Of a stretch of DNA of 64,000 nt, positions 1 through 10,245 are shown piece after piece. Source of the DNA: Promethearchaeota archaeon (lineage in GTDB: Archaea > Asgardarchaeota > Lokiarchaeia > Sigyniarchaeales > SOKP01); the NCBI GenBank assembly GCA_030599585.1, contig JAUVNS010000007.1:192001-256000 (forward strand), in the 5' to 3' direction. Position 1 is the first letter of the stretch. Every line of letters begins with the position of its first letter. The notes beneath the pieces were generated by a model. It did no database searches. It saw nothing but the letters and a program-made list of their open reading frames with translations, and had not been told where the DNA came from. The position numbers were made by a program, and so were the translations under genes.

Positions 1-2
1 GG

Positions 3-749
3 GCGGGCTTTTTTCCAAAAGTGATTTTTGCTCCAGGTTCTATTGAAGATGCCTTTCTGCTTACACAAAGAGCGTTCAATATAACTCAAAAATATCATGT
101 TCCTGTATTTATTTTACCAGATCAATATTTAGTAGATTCCTACTATAATATTAACTCGCTAAATATAGGTGCTCTTGAAATTCATAAGAACCTAGTTAAA
201 ACGGATGCAAGCTACGAAAGGTATAAGTTCACAGATAGTGGAATTTCTCCTCGAGGTGTTCCGGGATATGGTGATGGACTCGTTGATGCTGATTCTCATA
301 CTCATACTGAAAGCGGCGAAATCACCGAAGATCCAATTCTCCGAAAAAAATCAGTCCAGAAACGGTTTAAGAAATTAGGACTTCTGAGAAAAGAAGCAAT
401 ACCCCCTGAATTCATAGGTAATGAAGACTATAAATACTTAGTTGTTAGTTGGGGTAGTAATTACTATTTAATCAAAGAAGCGTTAGAAAAACTTGATAGA
501 GACGATGTAGGATTCTTGTTCTTCAAACAGATATATCCCGTTCATAAAATTGTTTTTGATTACCTTACTAGGGCGGAAGTAAAGATAGCTATCGAACAAA
601 ATCCAACTGGTCAATTTGCCAAACTGTTAGAAAATGAAACACACATCAACATGAATCACAGGATTTTAAAACATAGTGGATACACATTTTCAGTCGAGGA
701 AATACATGAAAGATTAAAAAAAGTAATAGAGGGTGATGAAAATATCTAG
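3..749 (+). CDS. korA: 2-oxoacid:ferredoxin oxidoreductase alpha subunit, 5'-truncated by window edge
   Basis: Frame open from position 3 (AGFFPKVIFAPG); motifs PVFILPDQYL, SPRGVPG, VVSWGS, IEQNPTGQFA; overlaps the beta subunit gene. Confidence 0.9.
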   Translation, partial: AGFFPKVIFAPGSIEDAFLLTQRAFNITQKYHVPVFILPDQYLVDSYYNINSLNIGALEIHKNLVKTDASYERYKFTDSGISPRGVPGYGDGLVDADSHTHTESGEITEDPILRKKSVQKRFKKLGLLRKEAIPPEFIGNEDYKYLVVSWGSNYYLIKEALEKLDRDDVGFLFFKQIYPVHKIVFDYLTRAEVKIAIEQNPTGQFAKLLENETHINMNHRILKHSGYTFSVEEIHERLKKVIEGDENI

Positions 750-1602
750 TGAAGAATTTGATTTAGATGAGGTTGAGATATCCTGGTGTCCTGGATGCGG
801 TAATTATAGCGCTTTAAAAGTAATGAAAGAAGCTTTAACTGATTTAGGGATTAAACCGCATGAATTTGTGTTAGTTTCTGGCATAGGACAAGCTGGAAAG
901 TTTCCACATTTTATAAAGGCTCAAAGTTTTAACGGTTTACATGGTCGGTATCTATCTGCAGCGTTGGGAATAAAAGCGTCTAATCCCGAGCTCACTGTAA
1001 TTGCGGTAAGTGGCGATGGGTGCACCTTAAGTGAGGGCGGTAATCATTTTTTGCATACGATCAGATACAATCCTGATATTGTAAATGTATTGCACAATAA
1101 TCAAGTTTATGGTTTGACGAAAGGCCAAGCATCACCGACGAGTCAATTAGGATTTAAAACAAAAATTCAAGTATTTGGAGTTATAAACGAGCCCTTTAAC
1201 GCACTGGCAGTTGCAATTTCTCTTAACGCATCCTTCGTAGCAAGAGCTTTTGTTGGTGACTTAGATAAAACAAAAGAATTACTAAAAAAAGCAATTAATC
1301 ATAAAGGATATGCCCTAATCGATTTATTATGCCCTTGTGTTACTTTTAATCGGGTAAATACGTATCAATGGTATAAAGAACATAGTTACTACATTGATGA
1401 TGCTCATGATCCTTTTGACCAAATGAAAGCCATGAAAGTAGCGTTAGATACTAGTCGTTTAGCATTAGGAATTTTATACAAGAATCCAAATAGGCGACCT
1501 TACAGCGAAAATGTTCGTATTTATAACGAAGATAAACGACCTTTACATCAAAGGGACCTAGATAAAGAGAAATTCAGCCAATTACTTGAAAGCCTTAGAT
1601 AA
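733..1602 (+). CDS. korB: 2-oxoacid:ferredoxin oxidoreductase beta subunit (TPP-binding)
   Basis: WCPGCGN, SGIGQ, LHGR, GDG...NN TPP motif, YGLTKGQASPT, CPCVTFN. Confidence 0.92.
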   Translation: MMKISSEEFDLDEVEISWCPGCGNYSALKVMKEALTDLGIKPHEFVLVSGIGQAGKFPHFIKAQSFNGLHGRYLSAALGIKASNPELTVIAVSGDGCTLSEGGNHFLHTIRYNPDIVNVLHNNQVYGLTKGQASPTSQLGFKTKIQVFGVINEPFNALAVAISLNASFVARAFVGDLDKTKELLKKAINHKGYALIDLLCPCVTFNRVNTYQWYKEHSYYIDDAHDPFDQMKAMKVALDTSRLALGILYKNPNRRPYSENVRIYNEDKRPLHQRDLDKEKFSQLLESLR

Positions 1603-1729
1603 GCGTATAAATTTAAGTTTTAAATTCTAATTTTATATTTATTTCATATTTAGATACCAAATTCTAAGCGTATTTTTTTATAGATTATTAGTAAAATCTT
1701 TTTATTCAATATAAGAATATTACATTTTA

Positions 1730-3442
1730 ATGAGAGTCGAAGAATTTGATGTAGTTGTAATAGGCGCCGGTTTAAGTGGCTTGAGAGCGGGTTTAGAGCT
1801 ATCGAAAAAATGGAACACTGCAGTTATTAGCAAAGTCTATCCTGTCCGGAGCCATTCAGGAGCAGCTCAGGGTGGAATAAACGCTGCTTTGGGTAATTTA
1901 GAAGAAAGCAAAAACGACACGCCAAAAGGACATGCGTTTGACACAGTAAAAGGTTCAGATTATCTTGCTGATCAAGATGTAGTTATGTTTATGTGTAAAG
2001 AAGCACCTAAGATTGTAGTTGAGTTCGAAAGCATGGGGGCACCATTTTCGAGATTAGAATCTGGTCTTATTGCTCAGCGTCCCTTTGGTGGAGCTGGTTT
2101 TCCTCGAACTTGTTATGCGGGGGATCGTACAGGACACGCCTTACTCCACACTTTAAATGAACAGAGCGTTCGAAGTGGCGTAGAGTTTTTCAACGAATAT
2201 TTTTTAATAGACTTAATTGTTGTCAACGAAAAAATCACAGGAGTAATTACATTAGATATAACCAAAGGAGAACTCGTAATTTTCCGAGCTTCGTACGTTA
2301 TATTAGCAACAGGAGGATTTGGAAGGATTTTTAAACATTCTACAAATGCCTTAATTAACACGGGAGATGGTGTAGGTGCTGCGTTTCGAGCGGGAGTTCC
2401 CATGCAAGATGTTGAATTCGTACAATTTCACCCAACCACGCTATATGGTACAAACATATTAATAACTGAAGGTGCGCGTGGAGAAGGTGGTTATTTATTC
2501 AACACAAAAGGAGAACGTTTTATGAATAAGACCGCTCCAAAAGCAATGGAACTTGCTCCACGAGATATTGTCGCAAGAGCTAACGATATAGAAGTCCTTG
2601 AGGGGAGAGGTTTTGAAAACGCTTACGTTCATTTGGACCTTACTCATCTAGGCGCTGACCGAATAAAAGAAAGGTTACCGGGAATAAGAGATATCTCTAT
2701 TTTCTTTGCTGGAGTAGATCCCATTGAAGAACCAATACCCGTGCAACCTGGACAACATTACTCAATGGGTGGGATCGGGACAAAATATAAGGGTATATAT
2801 GGAGAAACAGATCTCCCAGGATTATATACAATTGGCGAGTGTTCTTGTCTTTCTGTTCATGGTGCTAATCGTTTAGGGGGAAATTCTTTGTTAGAAACGG
2901 CTGTATTTGGTCGTTATCTTGGAAGAAAGCTATTAGAAATTGGCTTGCCTAAAAAAGTATCCTTAAGCGATGTGAAAAGTGCTGAAGATAAAGCTATTGA
3001 TGATGTTGAAAATCTTTTGAAAAGCTGGGATAACAATAAAGGTAAAAAACCAATAGAGATCAAGGATATGATGGGCGAGACTATGAACAAGAATGTTGGA
3101 GTTTTTAGAACTCACGATGATCTGAAAAAAGCGAACGAAATACTTGTTGGGTTACAAAAAGATTTTTTGGATGTCCAAGTTTCCACCGAAGATCGAAAAT
3201 TTAATTATGGATTACTTCGAAATCTAGAACTCAGATGTCTTTTAGATATTGCAGAGGCTACTGCGTATGCTGCTTTATGGAGGAAAGAAAGCAGAGGTGG
3301 ACACTATCGTTGGGATTACGACTCTCGTGATGACGATAATTTTCTTAACCATTCGATGATATATCGGGTAAAAGATGGCTTAGATTTGAAAACTAAACCT
3401 GTTATAGTAGGAATTTTTGAAGTAAAAGAGAGGAAATACTAA
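1730..3442 (+). CDS. sdhA: Succinate dehydrogenase/fumarate reductase flavoprotein subunit
   Basis: GAGLSG FAD loop, RSHSGAAQGG (covalent FAD His), QFHPT, LITEGARGEGG, ELAPRD, HGANRLGGNSL, ESRGGH. Confidence 0.95.
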   Translation: MRVEEFDVVVIGAGLSGLRAGLELSKKWNTAVISKVYPVRSHSGAAQGGINAALGNLEESKNDTPKGHAFDTVKGSDYLADQDVVMFMCKEAPKIVVEFESMGAPFSRLESGLIAQRPFGGAGFPRTCYAGDRTGHALLHTLNEQSVRSGVEFFNEYFLIDLIVVNEKITGVITLDITKGELVIFRASYVILATGGFGRIFKHSTNALINTGDGVGAAFRAGVPMQDVEFVQFHPTTLYGTNILITEGARGEGGYLFNTKGERFMNKTAPKAMELAPRDIVARANDIEVLEGRGFENAYVHLDLTHLGADRIKERLPGIRDISIFFAGVDPIEEPIPVQPGQHYSMGGIGTKYKGIYGETDLPGLYTIGECSCLSVHGANRLGGNSLLETAVFGRYLGRKLLEIGLPKKVSLSDVKSAEDKAIDDVENLLKSWDNNKGKKPIEIKDMMGETMNKNVGVFRTHDDLKKANEILVGLQKDFLDVQVSTEDRKFNYGLLRNLELRCLLDIAEATAYAALWRKESRGGHYRWDYDSRDDDNFLNHSMIYRVKDGLDLKTKPVIVGIFEVKERKY

Positions 3443-3459
3443 AAAGAGTGTGATTAAAA

Positions 3460-4218
3460 ATGAGCGAGAAACAAAAATTTTTGGTGTATCGAAATTTAGG
3501 AAATGGATCCGTTCGATACGAAAGATATGAAATACCCCTTTCAAAAGGTATGAGTATATTAGATGCTCTTTTTTACATTCAAGATTACTACGACTCTACC
3601 TTCGCTTTTCGCTATGCGTGTAGAGGGGCAATTTGTGGTAGTTGCGGAATGACCATTGATAAAGTTCCTATGTTGGCTTGTAGAACTCAAGTGACAACCG
3701 TTAAAACTTCTAAAAAACCTATTAATCTACCAGAAGTAGTTTTTGGAGATACATCAGATTGGGATCAAGAAAACGAGATTTTAATCGAACCATTACCAAA
3801 TATGAACGTTATAAAAGATTTAGTAGTAGATATGGAACCATTCTGGAAATTTTATCGCGAGATTGAGCCTTACTTCACTAATGAATGGAACGAGACTGCC
3901 CCGGAATCTTCACAATCCCCAAACGATATGAAAACAATAGAAAGGTTAGTCTATTGTATATTGTGTGGAATATGTTGGATGTGCCCTGTAAACGCAAAAA
4001 ATCCTAAATATCTAGGTCCAGCTCAGTTAGCGAAATCAGATAGATTTATCCGAGATTCTAGAGTTGACAGCGAGAAACAGGATAAAATTCTTTCACGAGT
4101 TTTACAAGATGATGCTGTTCCCGCTTGTGAAAAATTCTTCGTATGTAATCGCGTATGTCCTAAAGGAGTTATGCCTGGTACTGCAATAAAGGACATTCGA
4201 GACAATTGGATGAGTTAA
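3460..4218 (+). CDS. sdhB: Succinate dehydrogenase/fumarate reductase iron-sulfur subunit
   Basis: CRGAICGSC..LAC 2Fe-2S motif, IEPL..VIKDLVVD, CILCGICWMCP, CEKFFVCNRVCP. Confidence 0.93.
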   Translation: MSEKQKFLVYRNLGNGSVRYERYEIPLSKGMSILDALFYIQDYYDSTFAFRYACRGAICGSCGMTIDKVPMLACRTQVTTVKTSKKPINLPEVVFGDTSDWDQENEILIEPLPNMNVIKDLVVDMEPFWKFYREIEPYFTNEWNETAPESSQSPNDMKTIERLVYCILCGICWMCPVNAKNPKYLGPAQLAKSDRFIRDSRVDSEKQDKILSRVLQDDAVPACEKFFVCNRVCPKGVMPGTAIKDIRDNWMS

Positions 4219-4390
4219 AAATAAGCTTCATTTCCATTATTTAATTTTTAAAACTGAAAACATTAATGTGGATGTAATAGAAGATATCTATAAACAATTT
4301 AAAGAGCAAATGTTTATATATTAGACTTTGCCTATAATTATTTATAATCATATCTAAAGCGAAATTTAATTTTATACAGGAAGATTTGTA

Positions 4391-5215
4391 ATGAATAAAA
4401 GTCAGAATTTTATGAATTGGAATAATCCCGGAATAGCATTGATCACAGGGGCTTCTAGTGGGATTGGAGCTTCATATGCTCGATTATTATCAGCCCAAGG
4501 TTTTGAAACAATTCTAGTTGCAAGAAGAAAAGAACGGTTGGAAGACCTAGCTCGAGAACTTGAGCATAACACGTCTAATAAAGCAGCAGTAGTAGTTGCT
4601 GATCTATCTAAATTAGAGGATATTAATTCTGTAACTGAGAAAATTAAGGGGTTAAATAATATCGATGTATTAGTTAATAACGCGGGATTTGGAACTAGAG
4701 GTTATCTTGAAAATCTACCCTTAAATGCTATTAAAGAAATGATGTTTGTACATAATATTGCCCCTGTATTTTTCAGTAGGGCTGTTTTGCCTGGTATGAT
4801 TAAGCAGAATCGTGGAGTTATTATAAATGTATCATCAATGAGAGCTTTCATGGCTAGACCTCAGGATGTTATGTACGGTTCAACTAAGAATTTTTTAAAT
4901 AGGTTTTCAGAAATACTCCAGCTTGAATTACATGATACAAAGGTAAAAATTCAAGCTGTTTGTCCGGGATATACTCGCACAGAAATCTTTAACGGAAAAT
5001 ATCTTAAGGATTTTGATGTTTCTTCAATTCCTGAGGAAATGTGGATGTCTGTAGACGAAGTAGTTGAACTCTCTTTAAACGCGTGTCAAAATAAGGAAGT
5101 CGTGTTTATTCCTGGAGATGCAAACCAAAAATTCATTGAATTGTATACAAATCCTAAATTGGGGAAAAGAACGCGAGAAAACATGACAAAAATGAAGATT
5201 ATTCCAAGAAAATAA
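4391..5215 (+). CDS. Short-chain dehydrogenase/reductase (SDR)
   Basis: TGASSGIG, LVNNAGFG, NVSS, YxxxK (YGSTK), CPG. Confidence 0.92.
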   Translation: MNKSQNFMNWNNPGIALITGASSGIGASYARLLSAQGFETILVARRKERLEDLARELEHNTSNKAAVVVADLSKLEDINSVTEKIKGLNNIDVLVNNAGFGTRGYLENLPLNAIKEMMFVHNIAPVFFSRAVLPGMIKQNRGVIINVSSMRAFMARPQDVMYGSTKNFLNRFSEILQLELHDTKVKIQAVCPGYTRTEIFNGKYLKDFDVSSIPEEMWMSVDEVVELSLNACQNKEVVFIPGDANQKFIELYTNPKLGKRTRENMTKMKIIPRK

Positions 5216-5265
5216 AGCAAATAATAGAATAAAACAAAATATAACCTTTTTTATTTTAAACCTCA

Positions 5266-7044
5266 TTATTCCACTTTTTTTGTGGAAGCAGCTGTTTTAT
5301 CAGGGTCAACGATTATTTCTACAATGGAAGGTTTGCCCGAGCGAATAGCGTTTTGCAGTGCTTGGTCCAGTTTATCTGGTGTATTAACTCTTATTCCAAA
5401 TCCTCCACATGATTCAGCAAATTGGGCAAAATTTGGGTTGGGGAATTCAACGCCAAATATGGGGTAACCATCACGTACTAATTCCTTTTTAATGTTCTTC
5501 AACACGCTATCGTTAAACACTATAGCAATAATATTTAATTTTTCTCTCACAGCAGTGGTAAAATCAGCCATTAACATACCAAAACCACCATCTCCAGCCA
5601 CACAAACTACTTGTCTATCGGGGAAGTCTAACTTTGCAGCTAAAGCTGCTGGTAAGGCGAAACCCATACTTGCCATATTAGCATTTAGGTAAGGTCTATG
5701 CCCTTCACAAAGGAATTTCTTGTAGAACCAATATGTGTGGTCTCCTACATCTACGGTTATAATCGCATCGTGATCTAAATGTCTCCTTAATGCTTGTATC
5801 ACAAAGCCTGGATTGATGGGAACAGAAAAGTCCTTCGATTCTTTTTCTAATTCTTCCATATGTCGAAGCTTCATGTCAAAGACTTGGAACAAGAAGTCTT
5901 TATTTTCTTCTTTTTCTTCGATTAATGGTACTAATTTTTCCAAAACTCGATGCCCATCTCCAACCAGTCCTACATCTACATCAAAAGTCTTTCCGATCCT
6001 TGTTGGATCCTTGTCAATTTGCACAAACTTTACTCCCGGCGATACCAGATTTGCTTGTCTAAAACCAGAACCAATAATAATAATTAAATCGCAGTCTCTG
6101 ATAGCCTTGGCAGCATATTTTGTTCCTATAGAACCTAATACACCTAAGGAATATTGATACGTTTCATAAACGACCCCTTTAGCCCGAGAAGTAGTGGCAA
6201 TTGGGGCTTTAAGTTTTCTAGATAATTCCATAAGCAATTCTCCAGAAAATCTGGAACCCCATCCTCCGAAAATTACAGGTCTATTACACCTATTAATTAA
6301 ATCCGCAGCTTTTTGAATATCTTGTTCAGCAGAAACTGATTCGCTACCAAAAATCCTCTTATCTGGGTCAATAATGGCATCGTCCAATTTATCAGCTAAT
6401 ACATCTGTAGGACAACTCAATACTGACAATCCCGGTTTTTTTAGAGCATACTTGGCTGCCATCATAGTCAATTTAATCGCTTGATTTGCTCTAGCTACGG
6501 TTTCAGCATATTCAGCGAAAGGACGAAATAAAGAGATTTGAGATATTTCTTGAAATGCCTCACTTCCAAGATATACTTCAGCTATTTGACCGACAAGTGC
6601 TAATACTGGACTTCTATCAGTAGCCGAATCCATCAATCCCGTGATTAAATTTGTTGCGCCAGGACCAGCAATAGACATACACACTCCTAATTTACCCGTT
6701 ATTTTTCCATGAGCCGAGGCCATAAAGGCTGCTGTTTCTTCATGTCGAGTCAAAATAAAATCTATTTTATCGTTTTTCCTTATAGCATTGAGAAGGGGTA
6801 GATTAGAATCACCAGGTATACCATATACATGTGTAACTCCGAACGCTACTAATTGTTCAATAATTTTTTCTGCAACATTAGTATCAATATTATCATCTCC
6901 TTTACTCACACCTTCAGCAACAAAAGCTGATTTAGGAGCACCACAAACGGGACAATTCCATGAGTCAGGTAAATCATCGAACTTTTTATCTTCATTTTTC
7001 TCATCGTAAATGTAATTACACACAGAACATCTATATTTAGCCAT
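5266..7044 (-). CDS. Rubredoxin-fused thiamine-pyrophosphate enzyme (pyruvate oxidase/acetolactate synthase family)
   Basis: N-terminal [25 protein letters not shown]; [33 protein letters not shown] 7044 follows a GGTGA RBS (the ORF track starts at 7062). Confidence 0.9.
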   Translation of the reverse strand: MAKYRCSVCNYIYDEKNEDKKFDDLPDSWNCPVCGAPKSAFVAEGVSKGDDNIDTNVAEKIIEQLVAFGVTHVYGIPGDSNLPLLNAIRKNDKIDFILTRHEETAAFMASAHGKITGKLGVCMSIAGPGATNLITGLMDSATDRSPVLALVGQIAEVYLGSEAFQEISQISLFRPFAEYAETVARANQAIKLTMMAAKYALKKPGLSVLSCPTDVLADKLDDAIIDPDKRIFGSESVSAEQDIQKAADLINRCNRPVIFGGWGSRFSGELLMELSRKLKAPIATTSRAKGVVYETYQYSLGVLGSIGTKYAAKAIRDCDLIIIIGSGFRQANLVSPGVKFVQIDKDPTRIGKTFDVDVGLVGDGHRVLEKLVPLIEEKEENKDFLFQVFDMKLRHMEELEKESKDFSVPINPGFVIQALRRHLDHDAIITVDVGDHTYWFYKKFLCEGHRPYLNANMASMGFALPAALAAKLDFPDRQVVCVAGDGGFGMLMADFTTAVREKLNIIAIVFNDSVLKNIKKELVRDGYPIFGVEFPNPNFAQFAESCGGFGIRVNTPDKLDQALQNAIRSGKPSIVEIIVDPDKTAASTKKVE

Positions 7045-7262
7045 TAAATTCACCTTAGTCAATCATATAAAATTAGATATTATTAAAGTCAGATTTAATA
7101 AGAAATAAATCTAGGGTCTATAATTTTAAAATTCATCCTTTAAATTCTAAATTTTATTCCTTTTAAAAGTTAAATTAGATATGTTTAATTCGAATTAAAC
7201 TTCAATTAAGAAGATTACTTTATTAATTAAATTTATTTAGCTATAGGTGTTAATAATAAATT

Positions 7263-7568
7263 ATGGATAAATTAAGTCATACAGAAGGAACTTTATTTAA
7301 ACTTATTTACCTATTGCTAGTAGGCGTTGGTTTTTTAATAGTTTCTTTTATGTGTTTTCTTTATATTATCCCTGGGTTTTGGACTTGTGGAAGTGCTTGT
7401 GAATACTGGTGGTCTTGGCTTATCGATTTCCCCAGACAAGAGATTTGTATTTTAATGTGTGTTTCAAGAAACTCTTTATATAAACCATTCTTCTTGATCG
7501 GATTGGTAGTCGTTACATTTACTTTCTTAGTGGGATTCTACCGTTTGTATCAAAGAATTAGACGGTGA
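7263..7568 (+). CDS. Small membrane protein (2 TM), hypothetical
   Basis: Two hydrophobic helices flanking a Cys/Trp-rich loop; AGGTG upstream. Confidence 0.55.
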   Translation: MDKLSHTEGTLFKLIYLLLVGVGFLIVSFMCFLYIIPGFWTCGSACEYWWSWLIDFPRQEICILMCVSRNSLYKPFFLIGLVVVTFTFLVGFYRLYQRIRR

Positions 7569-7702
7569 TGTTAGTAAATATATTTTTCTAAATAATTAAA
7601 AGCTGTGGAATGCTAATATTTTAAATAGATTAGAGTTTTATGCAACAAAAAAATTAGATATGTAATTAAATATACTCATAATCAAAGAGTTGTGCTATAA
7701 AG

Positions 7703-9160
7703 ATGACAGATTACCAAATTAACGATAAATGGATACTCGAAAGAGTCTCCTCTCAAAGTAATAGTTTTAGTGGATGGATGACAGATCTTTTAAAAGTAGT
7801 TGAACAAATAAATCCAGAAGTTTATGAAGATCTCAAAAAGGATAAGGATTTTTCATCCCTTAAAGACTTGGATAAAAAATTAACTCACGCTCAACAACAA
7901 ATAGAAAATATGGGGCGTTTTGGGAATTATATAAATAAAATGGGGGCTAAAGTGTCTAATTGGGTAATTAAAAAAGTTGAGAAAGAATTCAAAGAATCAT
8001 TGGTAGATATCGAGCTTGATTTGGATATTGATCTCATTACTGGTAAGCGAAAAGATTTGTCATCTGCTCTTTACGATGTGTCAAAAGAGAGGGGAGTTGA
8101 TTCAAAAGGATTATTATATCTAATAAAAGCTCTCCCAGATCTTGAGGCCTTTTTGTATAGTACAAGCGTAAAAAAGTACTATCGGGACCATACTGAGCAC
8201 GCTCTTCGGGTAGCAGTCTTAGGTGATTTCCTTTTAGAGCAAGATATTGGTCAAGGATCGATAGGAGGAATTATTTCTGAATTAACAGGTATTGATAAAG
8301 CTTATCTTAAAGATAAGTTATGGTGGATTACAGGGTTAATTCACGATATCGGGTACCCGTTAGGAAAAATGACAACAGCAGTTAACTATTCTTTAGTGAA
8401 TCAATTGTTGAAGTGTTATCCGACCTTGGATTTGGAATTTATTCCATTTGAAATTTCATTATCTTGGAAAGGTAACCAAGAGGAATACTTAAAAATTTTA
8501 GAAGAAGGTCTTTCTAAGGAAGCACGCGCTCTTTTAAGAAAAGGAGTAAGCTATGATAGTAATAACACTTTACCTCAAAAGTCGTATGTCTATCTGAGAA
8601 GTGAAAAAGGCCATTCTGAATTTAATTATCGGAGCAATATTATATTAGATCACGGAATAATCTCTGCACTTTCTCTTCTAAATGGACTTGGTACTCCTGA
8701 AGAACTTAAAAAGAATGACGAATTTAAAGGATATATTTTAGCGGCAAAGGCGATAGCTTTGCACAATTTTAAAGGTCAACTAAAAGAATTTACTTTTGAT
8801 AATCATCCACTTGGCTTTTTTCTTATGTTAATTGACGAATTACAAGAGTGGGGGAGACCTGTTCCAATCCAAGTTCGGGATACATACTTCACAACTGATC
8901 TAAAAAAAGTAACGCTTATTGATGAAGTTTTATTAAATGTAGACGAATTTTCATGGTTGTTTCAATTTAAAAATCAGAAAGCCAAAGACCTTATGAAATT
9001 TGATTTTAATATGTTCTCAATTGAAAAGCAAAAAACGTTTGCAAGATTAAATCGTGGAGATAGTTTCTCTGAAACAATAATCAATCTTCAAGACATTAAG
9101 ATCGATAAAGGAACTAAAAAGGAAGGAGAAATAATAAATCAGTCAACAATTATTATCTAG
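7703..9160 (+). CDS. HD-superfamily metal-dependent phosphohydrolase-like protein
   Basis: RDHTEHALRV, LIHDIGYP, DHGIISA, AIALHN, LIDELQEWGR. Confidence 0.75.
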   Translation: MTDYQINDKWILERVSSQSNSFSGWMTDLLKVVEQINPEVYEDLKKDKDFSSLKDLDKKLTHAQQQIENMGRFGNYINKMGAKVSNWVIKKVEKEFKESLVDIELDLDIDLITGKRKDLSSALYDVSKERGVDSKGLLYLIKALPDLEAFLYSTSVKKYYRDHTEHALRVAVLGDFLLEQDIGQGSIGGIISELTGIDKAYLKDKLWWITGLIHDIGYPLGKMTTAVNYSLVNQLLKCYPTLDLEFIPFEISLSWKGNQEEYLKILEEGLSKEARALLRKGVSYDSNNTLPQKSYVYLRSEKGHSEFNYRSNIILDHGIISALSLLNGLGTPEELKKNDEFKGYILAAKAIALHNFKGQLKEFTFDNHPLGFFLMLIDELQEWGRPVPIQVRDTYFTTDLKKVTLIDEVLLNVDEFSWLFQFKNQKAKDLMKFDFNMFSIEKQKTFARLNRGDSFSETIINLQDIKIDKGTKKEGEIINQSTIII

Positions 9161-9241
9161 CAATAAAACACAATCCAATAGTTTTTTATTTAACGTGGTT
9201 TTATTTTTCTAAATATTGGATTTTATACCGTGATGTAAAAG

Positions 9242-10117
9242 ATGGCTATAAGTGATAATATTGATCTCACAATCAAATTAAAAGACGGAAGGGCGCTTGG
9301 TTATATCGATATAGGGAACAAGGATGCAAAATCGGTTGTATTTCATTTTCACGGTTTTCCTGGATCTCGCCTTGAGGCAATGCTTCTAGCTGATAGAGCT
9401 ATTAAAAAAAATATTAGGCTTATTAGTATAGATAGACCGGGAATAGGACTTTCAGATTTTAAAAAGAATCGCACGCTTTTAGATTGGCCTGATGATGTTG
9501 TTGAATTAGCCGATGCTTTAGGGATAGATAACTTTGCTGTTGAAGGGATATCAGGAGGAGGTCCATATGCTGCAGCCTGTGCTTATAAAATCCCTGAGCG
9601 ATTAACATCTTGTGGGATAATAAGTGGAGTAGCTTCAAAAGATCTAGAAATTGAAAAAAAAAATAAAATATTTTCTATCATTCGATTATTTCCTTGGTTA
9701 TTCAAGTTGGTTATGTGGTTTAAATCTCGTGGTATGAAGGATTTAGAAAAAGCAGAAAAGAACTTGAAGAAAGCTTTATTAAAATTTCCAGAGGCTGATA
9801 GAAGAGTATTGGATGATCCTCAAATTCTTTCTAAGTTTATTAAAGAAAGTGCTGAAGCATTTCGCCAAGGAAGTAAAGGAGCATATCAAGAAGGGAAAAT
9901 TTACGCAAAATCGTGGGGTTTTAACCTTGAAGATATATCTCCAAACCTTAAAGTGTATATATGGCATGGAGAGGTGGATGATGCTGTACCCGTAGCTATG
10001 GGTCGCGGGATGTGTAAGTTAATCCCTAATTGTGCAGGGGAATTTTATCCCGACGAAGGACACTATTCTACGATTTTAAACTATTACGAAGATATTATCG
10101 AAGCTTTAACTTCTTAA
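9242..10117 (+). CDS. Alpha/beta hydrolase
   Basis: HGFPGSR, DRPGIGLS, GISGGG nucleophile elbow, WHGEVD, EGH. Confidence 0.92.
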   Translation: MAISDNIDLTIKLKDGRALGYIDIGNKDAKSVVFHFHGFPGSRLEAMLLADRAIKKNIRLISIDRPGIGLSDFKKNRTLLDWPDDVVELADALGIDNFAVEGISGGGPYAAACAYKIPERLTSCGIISGVASKDLEIEKKNKIFSIIRLFPWLFKLVMWFKSRGMKDLEKAEKNLKKALLKFPEADRRVLDDPQILSKFIKESAEAFRQGSKGAYQEGKIYAKSWGFNLEDISPNLKVYIWHGEVDDAVPVAMGRGMCKLIPNCAGEFYPDEGHYSTILNYYEDIIEALTS

Positions 10118-10245
10118 ATCTCCTAATTTCTTAGTTTGTTAATTTTAGAACCTTGAAATTCATTTATTGAATATTAGTATAAACTTTTTTTATGAACCTA
10201 TTTCTAATAACCTTATAAGTAAACATTTTATGGTTGTTTTAAACT

